In this document: positions 35,320 through 48,619 of the stretch, in pieces
Numbering within the stretch: the first letter of the stretch is position 1
How the letters are laid out: each line of letters begins with the position of its first letter
DNA from: Dimorphilus gyrociliatus
Lineage: Eukaryota > Animalia > Annelida
Length of the DNA: 64,000 nt
Assembly: GCA_904063045.1 (NCBI GenBank)
Contig: CAJFCJ010000070.1
Coordinates: 133,502 to 197,501, forward strand
Direction: 5' to 3'
Made by a program: the position numbers and the translations under genes
Notes under the pieces: generated by a model
Database searches by the model: none
What the model saw: only the letters and a program-made list of their open reading frames with translations
Told to the model about the DNA's origin: nothing

Positions 35320-35650
35320 AGCAATGCCTAATAACTCCTTTCTTATCGTAACTTTGTGACTCATGATTTTCTCCCCTAAGAGAATTTTTCAAATTTCCAA
35401 ATAATAAAAGTTGGATGGAGGTAAATCAAGTGAGTTGGGAGATGAATGAGAACTGCCTACAGTGTTTTGTCAAGAATATTTGATATGTTTTGATCAAAGT
35501 GACAGATCCAGGTCTCATTACCTGTCACAATTTTCTCAGAAAAGGCATTCCCTTCATTTTCAACTCTACAAATAAGGCAACTGTAAGATTTTCACCCTGT
35601 CTTCTTTCTGGTCTGATATTAGATCACACAGAATCCACTTAGCAGAAACT
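35320..35650 (-). mobile_element. mariner transposase remnant
   Basis: KWILCDLISDQKEDRV (WVPHEL-like), EKIVTGNETWICHFD and SPNSLDLPPSNF (YSPDLAPSDF-like). Confidence 0.7.
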
Positions 35651-35691
35651 GTGTGAATCTTTTATGGCTTTTAGGAATTTTTGTACAGCAC

Positions 35692-35910
35692 TGTGCTTTT
35701 TTGTATTGTAATTATAGGAACTTTTAGTTTGTCACAATCAAATTTGTGCTTTCCAATCATTTATCAATCCACGAAAGTACTCACACCACATAAACCTTTA
35801 ATACACCAGTATTTCATTCAAAGGACCTTTAGTCGTAAACAAGTTTCTAGTTCTAAACAAGCAACTTTTAACAAGTTGGTCATTAGAAAAGTGAACTGCT
35901 GACTGGCAAA
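35692..35910 (-). repeat. Diverged LTR family B 3-prime part
   Basis: Homologous to 29599-29850. Its continuation to about 36050 matches 42600-42790 in inverted orientation. Confidence 0.7.
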
Positions 35911-36551
35911 ATTTGTAGAGTTGATATATTATGCCAATAGTTCATAATTCACAGATCATACTTATTCACACAAAAACAATTGTATCATTTTGGATAAAGG
36001 AAAAGTCTAAATTTGGTTCCATATTTCTTACTTTTGCATTGTTCTGGAGAACAGATTATGATACTTTGGAAGAATTAAAAAAAATCCATGACCCAATTTT
36101 TGAGAGGAAAGAGTCCAGACTTCTATTTGCACAGCATCAATCTTCTTCCAAAGAAATGGCAGCAATGTATTGACAAAGGTGTGGAGGGGGAGTACCTAAT
36201 ATATATATATATATATAACATAGATTTTGAGAATTATGCATTCTAGATCATGAAGCATCTCTGGTAACAAAACTCTAAATAACATTTTTTTTGGCTATGA
36301 TACAAATTCAAATAAGGCCAAAGTAGGTCTGCTATATTTTTAAGTTAATAGCAGGGTTAATATAAGAACATAACCCACCTTATTATAACTTGTGATATAT
36401 AAAACAGGCAATGGTAAGGAGTTGTTTGATTTACCTGTTGATAAATTTGAACAAGCAGATTTCAATTTCAAAAAGATGTGTACTGACTCTGGATTTTCAT
36501 CTTCATCGCATCTTATTCAAGTATTTTTGAGCACAAATGAATGGTATAATA

Positions 36552-39500
36552 GGGGTCGACAGAAAACGTCCACGAAAGAAAATGTCCATAAACTGAAAGA
36601 AAACGTCCATGAATGGAAAGAAAACGTCCATTAAAATAAATTTCATTTAAATATAAATATATGTTGAAAAAGTAAACCTTTGGTAAAAGAATATGTTAAA
36701 CATATAATTAATAAATGAAATATTCACAAAAAAAATCACTTAACTTTTCCTATTAGCTTAATTTTTTAGGAATTATATTTCCTTATGGAGTGAAAGAAAA
36801 CGTCCATACAGTGAAAGAAAACGTCCATAAAATGAAAGAAAATGTCCATACAGTGAAAGAAAATGTCTATAAACTAAAAGTAAATATCCATGAACTAAAA
36901 GAAAACATGAATAAAAATAAATTTCATTTAAATGTAAATCTATATTGAAAAACAAGTTAATAGAAAACTTTTTATATATACAAATTTGGGTTTACCATAT
37001 AAATTGTGTATTGATTATTTGTAAACAACTTTAAAAGAAAGACAAACTTTTTTCAAGTTTTACAATTAAATGACCAGTGTTTTCAAGTAAAGTTTTTTGA
37101 TATCAAGGTATTGTCAATTATTTTCAATAATATAATTCTGAGCAAAGCTGCAGAAGCTGGTTTGCATTAATTTCACCTGTTTTAAAATTTTCCCAAATTA
37201 AGAAAAGATCTTTTTGAATTTGGCTATAAGTCTTCCTTTGAAGTCTAATTATCTTTCTCTCACTTAAAAGCTTTTTGTACAGATTTATCATGTCTGCTTC
37301 CCTCTTTAACTCATCAATCGCTAAATAAAAAGAAACATTTTCTCCAACAATTTTATTGAGCCTTTGATGATAACCTTCCAGATCATTATTTGTCCTTATG
37401 CTTTGATCAAAAACAGACCAAGTCTCTGGAGACCAAAATGTATTTTTTATCCAAGTATTAGACACATAGTCCAACAAATCAGACAGTTTATTTTCTTTTG
37501 TCAGTTGATTTTGAATTTTAGTGAATTGATTTTCAATCATGCCATGAGGCAAATATGGCAAAGACATAATCATTCTCATGGATTCCCAAGCTCCCTCTTT
37601 TTTTCTAAATTCCCTGCTATAACCAAGTTCCTTAAACAAAAAAAATATTAATTGGATTGTTAAAAATTTTAGAAATCAATAAACCTGAATTTTTCTAAAT
37701 ATTGCCTGAGACCAGTGAAATGAACATCCAGTCAAGACAGCATCAGGCCATATATTTTGTAAAGTTTTCCAAACAGCCTTTTCATAGTCTAAGACTATTT
37801 TCTTAGGAGCACAATTTTCAGCTAAATCCTTCACAGCCTTAAAAATTTAACATGATTGCTTATTAGTAAGTATATTTATGAAATGTAATTCTTACCTGGA
37901 AAAGTAGTTTATATGCTCTCTTTTTTTTAGAAGACAGAAAAGAAAAAAGCAATGGAACTTGCTTAAGCTGTCCATTTTTTTTCAAAAATACATGAATAGA
38001 GTACATTTGAATGAAAGGTTCATTGGCAATCTTAAAAGTACCATCAAGGTACCAAATTTTCCCCTTTGACAATAGCTCCAATTGATGATTTGTTGCAAAG
38101 ATAATGATCCTCTCATTATTCATATTTATATCCTTCTTTAAAAATTCAGGAGGAATGAATGTCATATTCAGCTCAAAGTTTTTATCATTGGGTACACTAG
38201 GCCTGTTCTTCCTTCTATTCCAATTTGCCACTTCTTTACAATTAATTATATTTGGTAAGTTTGAAGTACTAGAATACTTGACAAGAACATTTTCAGCAAT
38301 TCTTTTACCTGAAGAATTTATATCACTAGAACAATTGTCTTTGATTTCATTTCTTATACGAATCCTGGTTTCTAAATTTTTTATTGGTGAATGACAATGA
38401 ATGTTTGTCCCAATTGCAAAATTGCTTCCTTTTTGATTGATGCTTGCTTTACATTTTCTTTTTTTGCTTCTGACAGAACAAGTCCATACAGTAGTTGTTT
38501 TTGTTTTTAATTTAATAGTATATGAAAAACCTTTGTGAAAAAGTAAGTCTTTGCCTTTTTGACTTCCATGTGGCAGAATTTTAAAATGAAAATCCTCAGA
38601 AGAATTTTCTTTCGCAGATGTTTCACTTTCAAAAGATTCTTCCTCAATTTTTTCAGATTCATTTTGAATTGTTTCAAAATTTTCAACTTCAATTTCATTA
38701 TCATATTCAATATCACTTCCATTAATGATATTTCCTTTGTCAACCTTTGTGTTTATACTTTCATCATTATTGTCATTGCTACTCCAAGATATAGATAATC
38801 TCAATTCTTCTGTGAACTCTTCAGTACTCTTTTCTTGTCCTTGATTATTGTCTCCTTTCTCATCAATTTTTAATTTTTCCTCAGTCATGCTGTTATTCTC
38901 CTCAAGATTCTTTTCTGGATATTCAACAATTGCTTCTTCCTTCTCATTAAGTTTTGCAGTAGAATTACTTTTTATTGGTACACTTTCCCTGCATTTTTTT
39001 GGTTCATCAATTCTCTTTAACATCACAAAACAGGTTTTTTTAGTTATTTTATAACAAATAAAACAGAGTGGTGATGCTGTTGATGAATCTGGAAGAAAAA
39101 AAAACAGTAAATGTTTTTCAAATAGAAGATAGTACAAACCATGCAGACATTTTATATGACAAATATGCAGGCACAATGAGCATTGGCCTTTTATTTGCCT
39201 ACCAACAAATTTATGCAAATAGAACACTTGTCCATTATTCAATATTTTTTCTAAAATATTGGAGAAAAAGAAGAGCTAAACTAAAATTAATAAATGAATT
39301 TCTCATATCATTATTATGATTATTTATGTAACAATTAGTATTTTGACAATAACATTGAAAAAAAACTTCATCAACAAATAAAATTGCTAAATTTATGTTA
39401 GATTGATTATTAATAAAATAATCAATAACTTTTTAATCACAGAGATTAATAAGAACAAAAAAAACCTCTAAAAATTAAAAATTTCATATTACCTCAAGAG

Positions 39501-39755
39501 AGTGAAAATAGAAGAGGAAGTTGATATTTTATATCTCTTTTCCTGAAGATTTCTTCATCTCTACCAGTTTTTTTAAAGTTTTGTGTTAATTTGTTTTTCA
39601 ATATATATTTATATTTAAATGAAAATTTCTTTATTTTATGTGTTCTTTTGATTCATGGATGTTTTCTTTCAGTTTATGGATGTTTTCTTTCACTTTATGG
39701 ACGTTTTCTTTCAGTTTATGGACGTTTTCTTTCATGGACGTTTTCTGTCACATCC
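36552..39755 (-). mobile_element. Near-intact MULE transposon (3204 bp)
   Basis: TIRs GGGGTCGACAGAAAACGTCC and (reverse complement) GGATGTGACAGAAAACGTCC with tandem subterminal AGAAAACGTCC repeats. Perfect TSD GGTATAATA (36543-36551, 39756-39764). Confidence 0.97.
37124..39235 (-). CDS. PHD-FLYWCH-MULE DDE transposase, 4 exons, one frameshift in exon 1
   Basis: Introns at 39089-39139, 37838-37895 and 37631-37684. PHD-like CSIC...CSLCLHICHIKC...CFIC, FLYWCH KGKDLLFHKGFSY...WTC...C...H, catalytic WYLDGTF, VLDYEKA, GCSFHW and RTNNDLEGYH. Frameshift near 39210. Confidence 0.93.
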
Positions 39756-39890
39756 GGTATAATAGGATAATTTTTTGAACTTTTTTTTTCATATAAACAA
39801 CAATGAAACAATGAAGTATGAATACATATCTAAACAATTGATAAAAAATATAGAAAATTCAATAGAATTGCCTCCAAATACTAGTCTTTC

Positions 39891-40165
39891 TGTACTTTGT
39901 TGTATTGTAATTGTAGGAATTTCTGGTTCGTCACAACTGTAATCGTCCTTTCCAATCATTTACCAACTTGCCAAAGTACTGGTCCAAATAGAACCTTTAA
40001 AGTTCGTCCACAAATAGTCTAACAAAGGCAATTTCGGTAGAAATTGATTAACAAAACACCAGTATTTCGTCCAAAGAATATGTATTGAGTAAAATGAGCT
40101 TCTAGTTCTAAACAAGCTAGTTTAAACAACTAGCTGACGGTTAGAAAACTGAACTATCAACTGTT
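39891..40165 (-). repeat. LTR family B 3-prime part
   Basis: Starts at the terminus TGTACTTTG and is highly similar to 29599-29870. Confidence 0.88.
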
Positions 40166-40999
40166 AATTTCGTAGGGTTTATATACTCTTTTAAGGGTTG
40201 ATAGTTCACAAATTTCAATGTTCACAAAAACAAAAGTAACATTTGAAGACAAAGAAAAGTTCTAAATATGGTCATGTTTTTATTGTTTTCCTCTTCTAAA
40301 TAATAGTTGAATTTCGAAGGTTGGAGAGTTGCATAAGATGTAACAATTTTAGTAGGACAAGTCCAACAATCAAGAAAACATGTAGATTGTATATTTGACC
40401 ATTTTTATATTCTACCTTAATAATGATATTCAATTGATTGAGTTAGTAAATTTAGCATCAGCATATGCAGAGGAAGTATATCTGATTAATGCATGTTAAA
40501 AAGAACAGTATTGTGTATACAATACTGTTGAATAGTGAATATAATCTAACCTTAGAATTTAAGCATAATTGATAATTAATTGAACTAGTTTTAGTTCGAA
40601 ATCATAAATTTATGGATTAATAAATTGTAATATTAATGCTAGGTTGCAAATAGCAAATATTCTTTATATAATTCAATAGGTTTTATTACTGCATAATGTG
40701 TATGCACTGCCCTATGCGAAACTAGGTCACTACTGCTTATCTTTATCAGTGCTATCTGCATAGTACAATACTGGTTCAATACTACTTCTCTATTGTAGAA
40801 TATAGCTGACGAATGTATGTGTACACTTTCAATCATTAGATTATTATCAAATTATAATGATTTTGATTCTTCAAATTATTATTTTATATATATTGCAAAA
40901 AAAAATTATTTTTTTTAACTTGAGAATTCAAATATGAAAATTTTGTAATTTTTTTCAGGGTTTTTTAAAAAAATTATCAGTTAGGTCAAATTCTAAAAA

Positions 41000-42110
41000 T
41001 TCAAGTAAAATACTTTGGAAAATTATTAAAAAATACCATAATTCAGTATTAGATGATGATTTTGATTTTGAATGTTTACATAACACTGAATGTACTCATG
41101 TGATCAATCTAGAATGTTTGGATATTATATATTCACTTGGAGTTTTTTCAGTAGTGTTGAATTAAACAATAACATTTATCTTTTGGTTAAATATAGACAA
41201 AAAAAATATGATAGAAATGATTTCTGTAAAATAATCAATAAATTGAAGAGAACTGAAATTGAAAATAGATGTAAAACTTTATGTTATCACTTAGCTTATA
41301 AAAATATCTCCAATTTAGTTGAAAATCTTTCTCAAATCAGTGATAGAAGTGTATTTGATTGTTGGAATGAGACATTTAACAAGTTGTCCCTTTCTATGAA
41401 AATTAAATGTAAATCTTGTTATTTCATTTCAAATGTGAAATGTATGAGAAGATGACAATTGTTAATTTTTTCCCCTACTAATCTCTTAATCCGCCATTTT
41501 GTTTTATTGTACAGATTTAACATTGGATAATAATCTTTATGCTTATATCAAAGAATTAAATTTCTATAAAGTTGTTTTAATGGATGAAGCTGTGTTATAC
41601 AAAGCAATTTCTAGAATAAATATTGCTACAATAGTATGTAAAAATCTGGGATTAGGACCAGCTTATCTTCAAAAATTTAATCAAAACACACAAAACCTCT
41701 ATCAAGAAAACTATATTAAAATATTTAAGAAAAATCCAGTTTCTTTGATAAATCATCAAACTTATTATAATTGCATTGCTGAAGAAGATTCAATCTTTGA
41801 ATGCTCATTTCAAATTATCAATTTTTTGGATAAAACTGTCACAATGAACTTCCATGCCAATTTTAAAATTGTAATTAATATCACATTATTATGCAATGAG
41901 CATAGAGTTTCAAGTTGGTGATTTGATAATGATAACAATATTATTCATAAAATCTTCTTCATCTTTTCTATCTCAAGATTCAAACAAGAAGAATTTACAA
42001 TTAAAATTGAAACTATTTTAACAAACTCATCAAATTTTGGAAGGCTTTTATTATGGAAAAATCAATTTTGGCATACAATATACAATGATAATATCTTCAA
42101 CTATGACATA
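41000..42110 (+). pseudogene. Orphan CTL-like and SRCR-like extracellular exons (possible receptor remnant 4)
   Basis: ATIVCKNLGLG...YYNCIAEEDSIFEC is SRCR-like, preceded by a Cys-bearing CTL-like ORF. No downstream LRR/7TM is seen. Confidence 0.4.
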
Positions 42111-42256
42111 AATGTAAATTATATCTATTTTCAGAGGGAGGGAGAGAGAGAGAGAGATGAGTGTGATGAAAAACATTCCCAAATTGATGCTTTTTTCCCC
42201 AACCCATTAAGGTGGATCCCTTTTTGAGGTCACTTTTCAATGGTATCAAATTCCTC

Positions 42257-42463
42257 GGGGCCGACAGAAAACTTCCCCAAATGAGATTTTTGAAAGCAAC
42301 ATTTTGGATTGAAAAATGGTTAGGAGGGGTAAAGTAGCTTTTGATTTTTAGTTAGGGGGGTTCCATCTAAGGGTTAGGAGCAATCAAAAAGGTTATGGAG
42401 AGACAAGGGCTAGGTTAGGGTTAGGGTTAAATCATGAATTTGGGAACATTTTCTGTGGTATCC
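42257..42463. mobile_element. MULE-type MITE (207 bp) with TTAGGG repeats
   Basis: Near-identical to 19025-19213 apart from a short indel. Perfect TSD AAATTCCTC (42248-42256, 42464-42472). Confidence 0.95.
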
Positions 42464-42854
42464 AAATTCCTCAATACTATTTTAGGTGATCAATTAATTA
42501 CAAATAAGAACAGCATTATGCTGACAAAGGTCTATTTTTGCATGTTGGAACCAATCCAACTGCTGCCAAAAATTCTTACATTTTCTGTCATTTTCTCACA
42601 TACTGCAAATATGGAACAACAGCACCTCTCCAGAACAAAGACAAAGTAAGAAATATGGACACCATATTTGGATATTTGTGATCTGTGAACTATGAATAAT
42701 TGGAAAAAGTATATGAATGCTGTGAATGTACCAGTTGGCAGTTCAGTTTCTACTAACTAGAACTAGAAGCTCATTTACTCAAAATCACATTTGTGGATGT
42801 TTTCCATTACCCCTCCTTCCCCTATATGTATATATATTATTTATTGTCATGTAG

Positions 42855-43480
42855 AAAGTTGCTATAGCTGTATCACAAATCAGAAAATAAATTATCCAAA
42901 TGCTCTAAAAGGTATCTTCCCTTTTACATTACTACTGTTGACCTTGAACTTGAAATATATTTAGCCTATAAAACAAAGTTTTAATATATATATTTATATA
43001 GGTTGTAATGAAGAAAATGCAAGTTTTATTCATATTAACAGTGTTCATGAGTCACAGTTCCTTGTAAATATTCTTTTGAATGATGTAAAAGTGAAACTGT
43101 TAGAAGGTTTGCCTTAATTTCAATGATAAATTGCATTATATATTATAATTATAGGACTAATTTAAAAAAAAGAAACAGATAATAAGCTTTTAGTGCCACC
43201 CAAAAAAGGAAAATTTTCTCTTGCCCAAAATGTCAATGTTCCAGCAGGTATAAACATCGAAATTATATACTACTCTTAATAAAAACATTTAAAACAGGTA
43301 TATTTGTTAAACGTGAAAAAACTGGTAAAAGTAAACTTTATTCAGATGACAATACCATTCCAGAGTTGACTGCAATATGGCTGTTAGTTAGAATTTCTTC
43401 ATTTTGATCATTGTTTGTTTTTCATATTTTTTTTAAAAACAGACCAAAATTTTTGGAAAACAGAGATAAAATGAGGTAAT
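42855..43480 (+). CDS. Run of short open exons, possibly the N-terminal part of the caspase-like gene
   Basis: Phase-consistent GT-AG introns join ESCYSCITNQKINYPNALK, GCNEENASFIH...KLLE, DNKLLVPPKKG...VPA, GIFVKREKTG...AIW and LPKFLENRDKM. Confidence 0.45.
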
Positions 43481-43649
43481 TCTTTATCTTTTGTTGACAT
43501 ATTAAAAATACACATTTATATGTTTAGATCATTCATGTGTGCTTCAGGAGAATGGTTGGCAGATCAAATACCATCATATTTTCAAAATATGTGTTTCTTT
43601 TATAAAATTTTTGAATATTCATTGTTGGATTCTAAATTGTTGGAATTTG

Positions 43650-44030
43650 GGATATGCAACTGACTATAAAACCAGCAAAGATTCAAAAAATATGATAAGA
43701 AAATTATTAGCTCTATCTTTCCTTTCATCTCAAGTAATTCCGCCTGCTTTTTCCACCTTAAAAAGAAAAACTTTTGAGAAAAATGTATATAGACATTTAT
43801 ATGAATATGTTGAGAAGACTTGGATTAAAACTTAAATTTGTACTCCAGATAGTTGGTCTGTATTTGGAATGAGCCTTCATACTAACAATTGTGTTGAGGG
43901 ATGGCATAGAAGACTTAATGTAAAAGCTATGCCAAATACTTGTTTCTATTTATTAGTTGATTTTTTGAAACATGAAGCATCTCTAATTGCAGTCTTTCAA
44001 AAGCTCCTATCGAAAAAGAAATTGAATAAA
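43650..44030 (+). mobile_element. MULE transposase C-terminal remnant
   Basis: MIRKLLALSFL...YEYVEKTWIKT*...WSVFGMSLHTNNCVEGWHRRLN. Confidence 0.85.
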
Positions 44031-44273
44031 TATAGTTTGCTTCAAGAAATATACTTTTTTTATAAAAGTGCCATCATCCAACAAAGATATTTTAAGATTC
44101 AGAATCTTTATAACGAAAACTTCCCCAAAAAAAGGATCACACCTTCTGGCAAGGGAAATGAGAGCAGAGATGACAATGTGAAAAATGAGTAAGAGGAAAG
44201 AAAAAAGGCGAATTACTTTTGTCAAAAAATTTCTATGTATAATTTTTGGAAATGTTTTTTTTCTAATTTTCAG

Positions 44274-44951
44274 AAGTTATATGATACAAGAGGATTGAAT
44301 ATCGCTATTATTATAGTTCAAATGAAAAATAGAGAAATTGGAACAGTAACAGACATAAAAAATCTCTTTTTACTGTTCAACACTTTAAATTACCATGTTG
44401 AAGAATGGAAGGATTTTGATAGACCAAAATTATATGAAAACATTCTGAATTTGGAGACTTCATTACAAATTCAGCAAGAGGATATTAAATCATTAATTGT
44501 ATTTGTTTTAGGACATGGTAATAATGACTGCTTTGAACTGATAAGTTCGAATAAAATTGATTCTGATTTAATGCCATTTAGTGATCTGTATACTAAATTC
44601 AATATAGATATCTTGAAAGGAAAACCCAAGATATTTTGTACACAATCTTACAGAAGTAATTTAAAACTAAACCTAACATATTGTTTATTTCTCACAATGT
44701 CTTTTTTTGCCCAACCAGATACAGTGCCCAATGATACCAATGATTTTATAACCTTACATATGAATTCATCAACTGGTTCTGATATGCTTTGTCTACACTC
44801 AACAACTATGGGTGGAACCTCACTAAGAGGGAACAGAGGCAGTATTTTCATTAGAGAATTGATGTATTCAATGCTATATTTACAGCATAGTCCACGGAGA
44901 CTTTTCAAGAATATTGAAATTTTAACAAAATATTCAACATTTAGCAATTAA
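44274..44951 (+). CDS. Caspase-like (peptidase C14A) domain lacking the catalytic Cys
   Basis: AIII...R.GT..D...L...F..LNYHV, LIVFVLGHG (His at 44514-44516), LKGKPKIFCTQSYR (TAC at 44649-44651 instead of TGC) and p10 SDMLCLHSTTMGGTSLRGNRGSIFIREL. 63-nt intron at 44656-44718. Confidence 0.85.
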   Translation, partial: KLYDTRGLNIAIIIVQMKNREIGTVTDIKNLFLLFNTLNYHVEEWKDFDRPKLYENILNLETSLQIQQEDIKSLIVFVLGHGNNDCFELISSNKIDSDLMPFSDLYTKFNIDILKGKPKIFCTQSYRSNLKLNLTYCLFLTMSFFAQPDTVPNDTNDFITLHMNSSTGSDMLCLHSTTMGGTSLRGNRGSIFIRELMYSMLYLQHSPRRLFKNIEILTKYSTFSN

Positions 44952-47599
44952 GCAAACTCAAAGCATATAACATTATATTTACCAGTTCAACAACAATTTT
45001 CTATCAAATTATATTCAAAATTTCAATCTATAACTTTAGAAATTCAGCATCAAATATATTTTTTTTAATGAAATTTTTTATGTTGCATTTAAATTCCATA
45101 TAATTAATTAATTATGTTTGAAAATTGATTGCAGTTTGTCAAAATATGTTAAGACAGATATTCTAGATGCTTCGAATGCTCTAAAATGAATATACCTTAT
45201 AAATACTCATATAAAAAACTTGTTTGTTACTTTCAAAAGTGACCCTGACATTAATTTTTTTATAGATAACTATTTTCAAAAAATCTTGGTTGGAATTTCT
45301 TAGTGTTTGATTTATCATTCAAACTGGACTATGGTGAAACTTTTGGTGAACTACTTTGTAACCGGAAGTCATTAATTCGTAATCAAAAGAATTATTCAGG
45401 TAATCTCTTGTGCTGATAGCATAAATTTCGTTTTCCAATTTAAAATGAATCCAATTAGAGGCATTTTTAACCCAGAAGGATATTTCAAATGTTTAAGAGA
45501 AGAGAAACATATCAATACAAGTAAAATGAAAGTTGCACAATCCTATACTATATGTCACATGGCATATGATATAATATTAGATAGGCCTAAAAGAACTCAC
45601 TGTCTTAATGTGGTAGCACTATTTTTAAATAAATTCTATTTAATCAATTAAATTTTGAGTGCATTTCTTAATAAAGTACCAAACAGAGGCGCCATCTTTC
45701 ATCGAAAATATAAATGCAAAGCGTGTGGCAAAAATGATCCAAATAAATATCGATTATTTTGTAATAAGATATTAAATTCGTGTTTCAAAAGCTACGTGTT
45801 CGTTTATTGCATAGTCAGCTATTGATTTCTACCAGTTTTTATATAGACAAGTAAAAAAGAGACAGACAGAAAATGAACATCACAAAAATTGAGGATGAAT
45901 GATTCAACAATGTTTGGAAATAAAGAAAATGAAATGGAAAATTTTCAAACAGTTTATGTTTGTAAAATATTTACAATATTTAATAATAATTTAGGTCCAA
46001 ATTTCAGACTCAGATGAAGCTGTTTTTCAGACATTTTCAAACTTTCTTTTAACATTGATTTTGTCTAATTTTTTGTCTTGACCTATCTAACCAGGTACAC
46101 TGCCCGGTTTTAGACTACCTTCATACCAATAAAGAGAAAATTTGAGAGAATTTCAAAATTTTGAAAATATATTTGGCTTTCTATTAATGATAAAAATATA
46201 GGCCTACAGTGTACCGTTTTAAAAATACAGCAAAACAGCAAGAACTTTCCGGGTGACCCTAATATATTTCTATTTCCGGTGTGTAAAAACACATCTTTTA
46301 TTATTGTAATTAAATGACTAACATATAAATTGTAGTTTTATTGATAAAATTTTTTTAGTATGGTTCCGACCAACTATTCCTTTCTTTCTGTATTTATTGT
46401 GATAATTAAAGTAATAATTATTTAGGTTATGGCTAGCAAATCCTTCTTAAAACAGTACACTGTAGGCCTACTTGTTCTATCTCCTTTAAATTCAGTTTTT
46501 GGCATTGATCAGAGATAATAGATGAATTATAGATTATAAATCTATAAAACAAGGTATGCAGAAAGATAGGAAAAAATATTTTGTTGATGTTTATAAAGCA
46601 ACAAACATGTGTGAAGGGAAATCTTCTGACAATAATGTAATTGAATTGACCTTTGTGGATTGTTTACCTGATGACCTTGAAGAATTAGATGTGTCGTTTT
46701 CTGGCTTCTTTTAATTCCAGAGGAATGTGAATACTGTTCTCATAAAGCATCAAGTTTTGCTTGAACTTCTTGAATATCTTTATCAATTTCTTTTTATTTT
46801 AAGAGTTGTGGATCGTTTGTTGAATTACATTGTACAAGCGGTGCTCCAACCATTTCTGCCAATCCTTTACCACTTGGCAATCTTTGATTTGGAGTATTCC
46901 CAGCAACTTTTGCACTGTTTGGTGCTGGTGAGTTGTTAACTGCCTCTGCTGCTTCTTTTTAGTGATTTAAAAGTGTCATTTTTCGTCCTAAAAAACTGTC
47001 GCAGAATGGTTTTTATTTAGAAAAAAACTTCAATTGATAATTTTCTTCAAATGATTTTTGAAATTGTCTAGTTTTATATTTTCTTTGAAGTTTCATCCAG
47101 TTAAGGATAAATTTTTCATTTTATTGACAGATCACTTCTACCAACTTGATTCATTTTCACCTTTTTCAACAACTTTCAAGCTCCTTTACATTCAATTTGG
47201 AAAGATGGAGTTTAAAATACACATTTGCATTCTGGACCAATTCTTTGCGAAATGGTAAATTTCTCAAAAAAGTCAGGTTGATTTGAAAAAGATTAATTCC
47301 ATTGATTCTCAATCACCTTTCATCCAAAGAGAAAATATTGCCAAATTCATCGAATTTGTCAAAACCAGATTGTATTCTTTTTCAGAAGTTTGTTCATATA
47401 ATACTGATCATTTAAAAATATCTACAAAAAGTTTTTGAGAAAACCATGATTGATAATAAATCGACCAATAATCAAAGATTGACAGAGCTTTTTGAAATTT
47501 CAGATGATAGTTCAGATATGGAGCACTTATTGAGGTTTCAAAATTATCAGAAGCAAGAAATTTTACCATAAAAGATGCATTAGAAATAATCAAAAATTT

Positions 47600-47800
47600 A
47601 GATTTTAGAGATGGTAAATGTAATGCAACAGAGTATCTTGCATAAAGTTAGGAAAAACATCCAATAAAGCTAAAGCTTCAAAAATTGAACAAAATAGGCT
47701 TAGAAAAAAAATTAAATGAATTCTTCAACCTCCCTGCTACTACCTGCTCAGTTGAAAGTGTTTTTTTACTTGTTCAACTTGTAAATGCAGACAATTCAAA
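47600..47800 (+). mobile_element. Possible hAT dimerisation-domain remnant
   Basis: NLPATTCSVESVF resembles hAT IPATSxxVERxFS. A TAGGGTCACC-like hAT end lies on the minus strand at about 46245-46262. Confidence 0.4.
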
Positions 47801-47980
47801 GATGAAAATGTAATTTTTTACTTGAGAAATTTATATGAGGCAAGTAAATAAAAAATAGGAATTTTGAAAAGAGCGTTGTTTCGAAAAAGCTATGTTTTTT
47901 ATGTTCATTTCCCATTTTAAAAATATTTAATCCGCAAATCTCCTATCTCGCCAAATATTGAGTCAATAGATCTTTTTTTA

Positions 47981-48187
47981 GGGGTCGGGTGCGAACATAC
48001 CTGTTAGCAAATATTTCCAACCATGAAAACATTTTAGGAAAGGGTTAGTTTGAATATTTGGATGAATTTATTGTTAGAGGGGCTCCAATTTAGGGTTAGG
48101 GAATATAAAAAACACAGATATTACACTCAATTTCAGATATATTAAGGTAGGCTTCAACCCGCCATGGGTACGTTCGCACCCCCATCC
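47981..48187. mobile_element. MULE-type MITE (207 bp), third TIR family
   Basis: Ends GGGGTCGGGTGCGAACATACC and (reverse complement) GGATGGGGGTGCGAACGTACC. Perfect TSD CTTTTTTTA (47972-47980, 48188-48196). Internal TTAGGGTTAGGG. Confidence 0.9.
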
Positions 48188-48619
48188 CTTTTTTTACAAA
48201 AAATGTAAACAGGTTTTTAAGATTAATTTGAAAAAAACCACTCATTTTATTTCAAACCATTTTTTGCATAGATTTTTCTTTTCACCCTAGTATATAAATA
48301 TAAATGGTAAAAAGTCCACATTCAGGCAATCATTGAATATTACTAGGAATCTTCTTATTCGTCCCCAACAAGGTCTTCCGTGTAAGGATGTTGGATAAGA
48401 CAACTTGGCCTATCTGAAACTACAACTTTGCTATTTTTGTTTACTTTGCCATTCAAATGAAGAGACATTTTTTGAAACAGTTGGATCTATTTGTTTATTA
48501 TCACTCATATACCTTATCAGTGAAATGTGAAGAGAATAGATATAAGGTATTTAATTAAATTATTTGAAAATTGGAATGAAGAGAGAGAGAGAGAATTTGT
48601 GTTTGTGTTTTTTTGATTT

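Noticed and set aside
45688-45699. GGCGCCATCTTT YY1-like or CTCF-like site
   Set aside because: Isolated short motif with no identifiable adjacent gene start.
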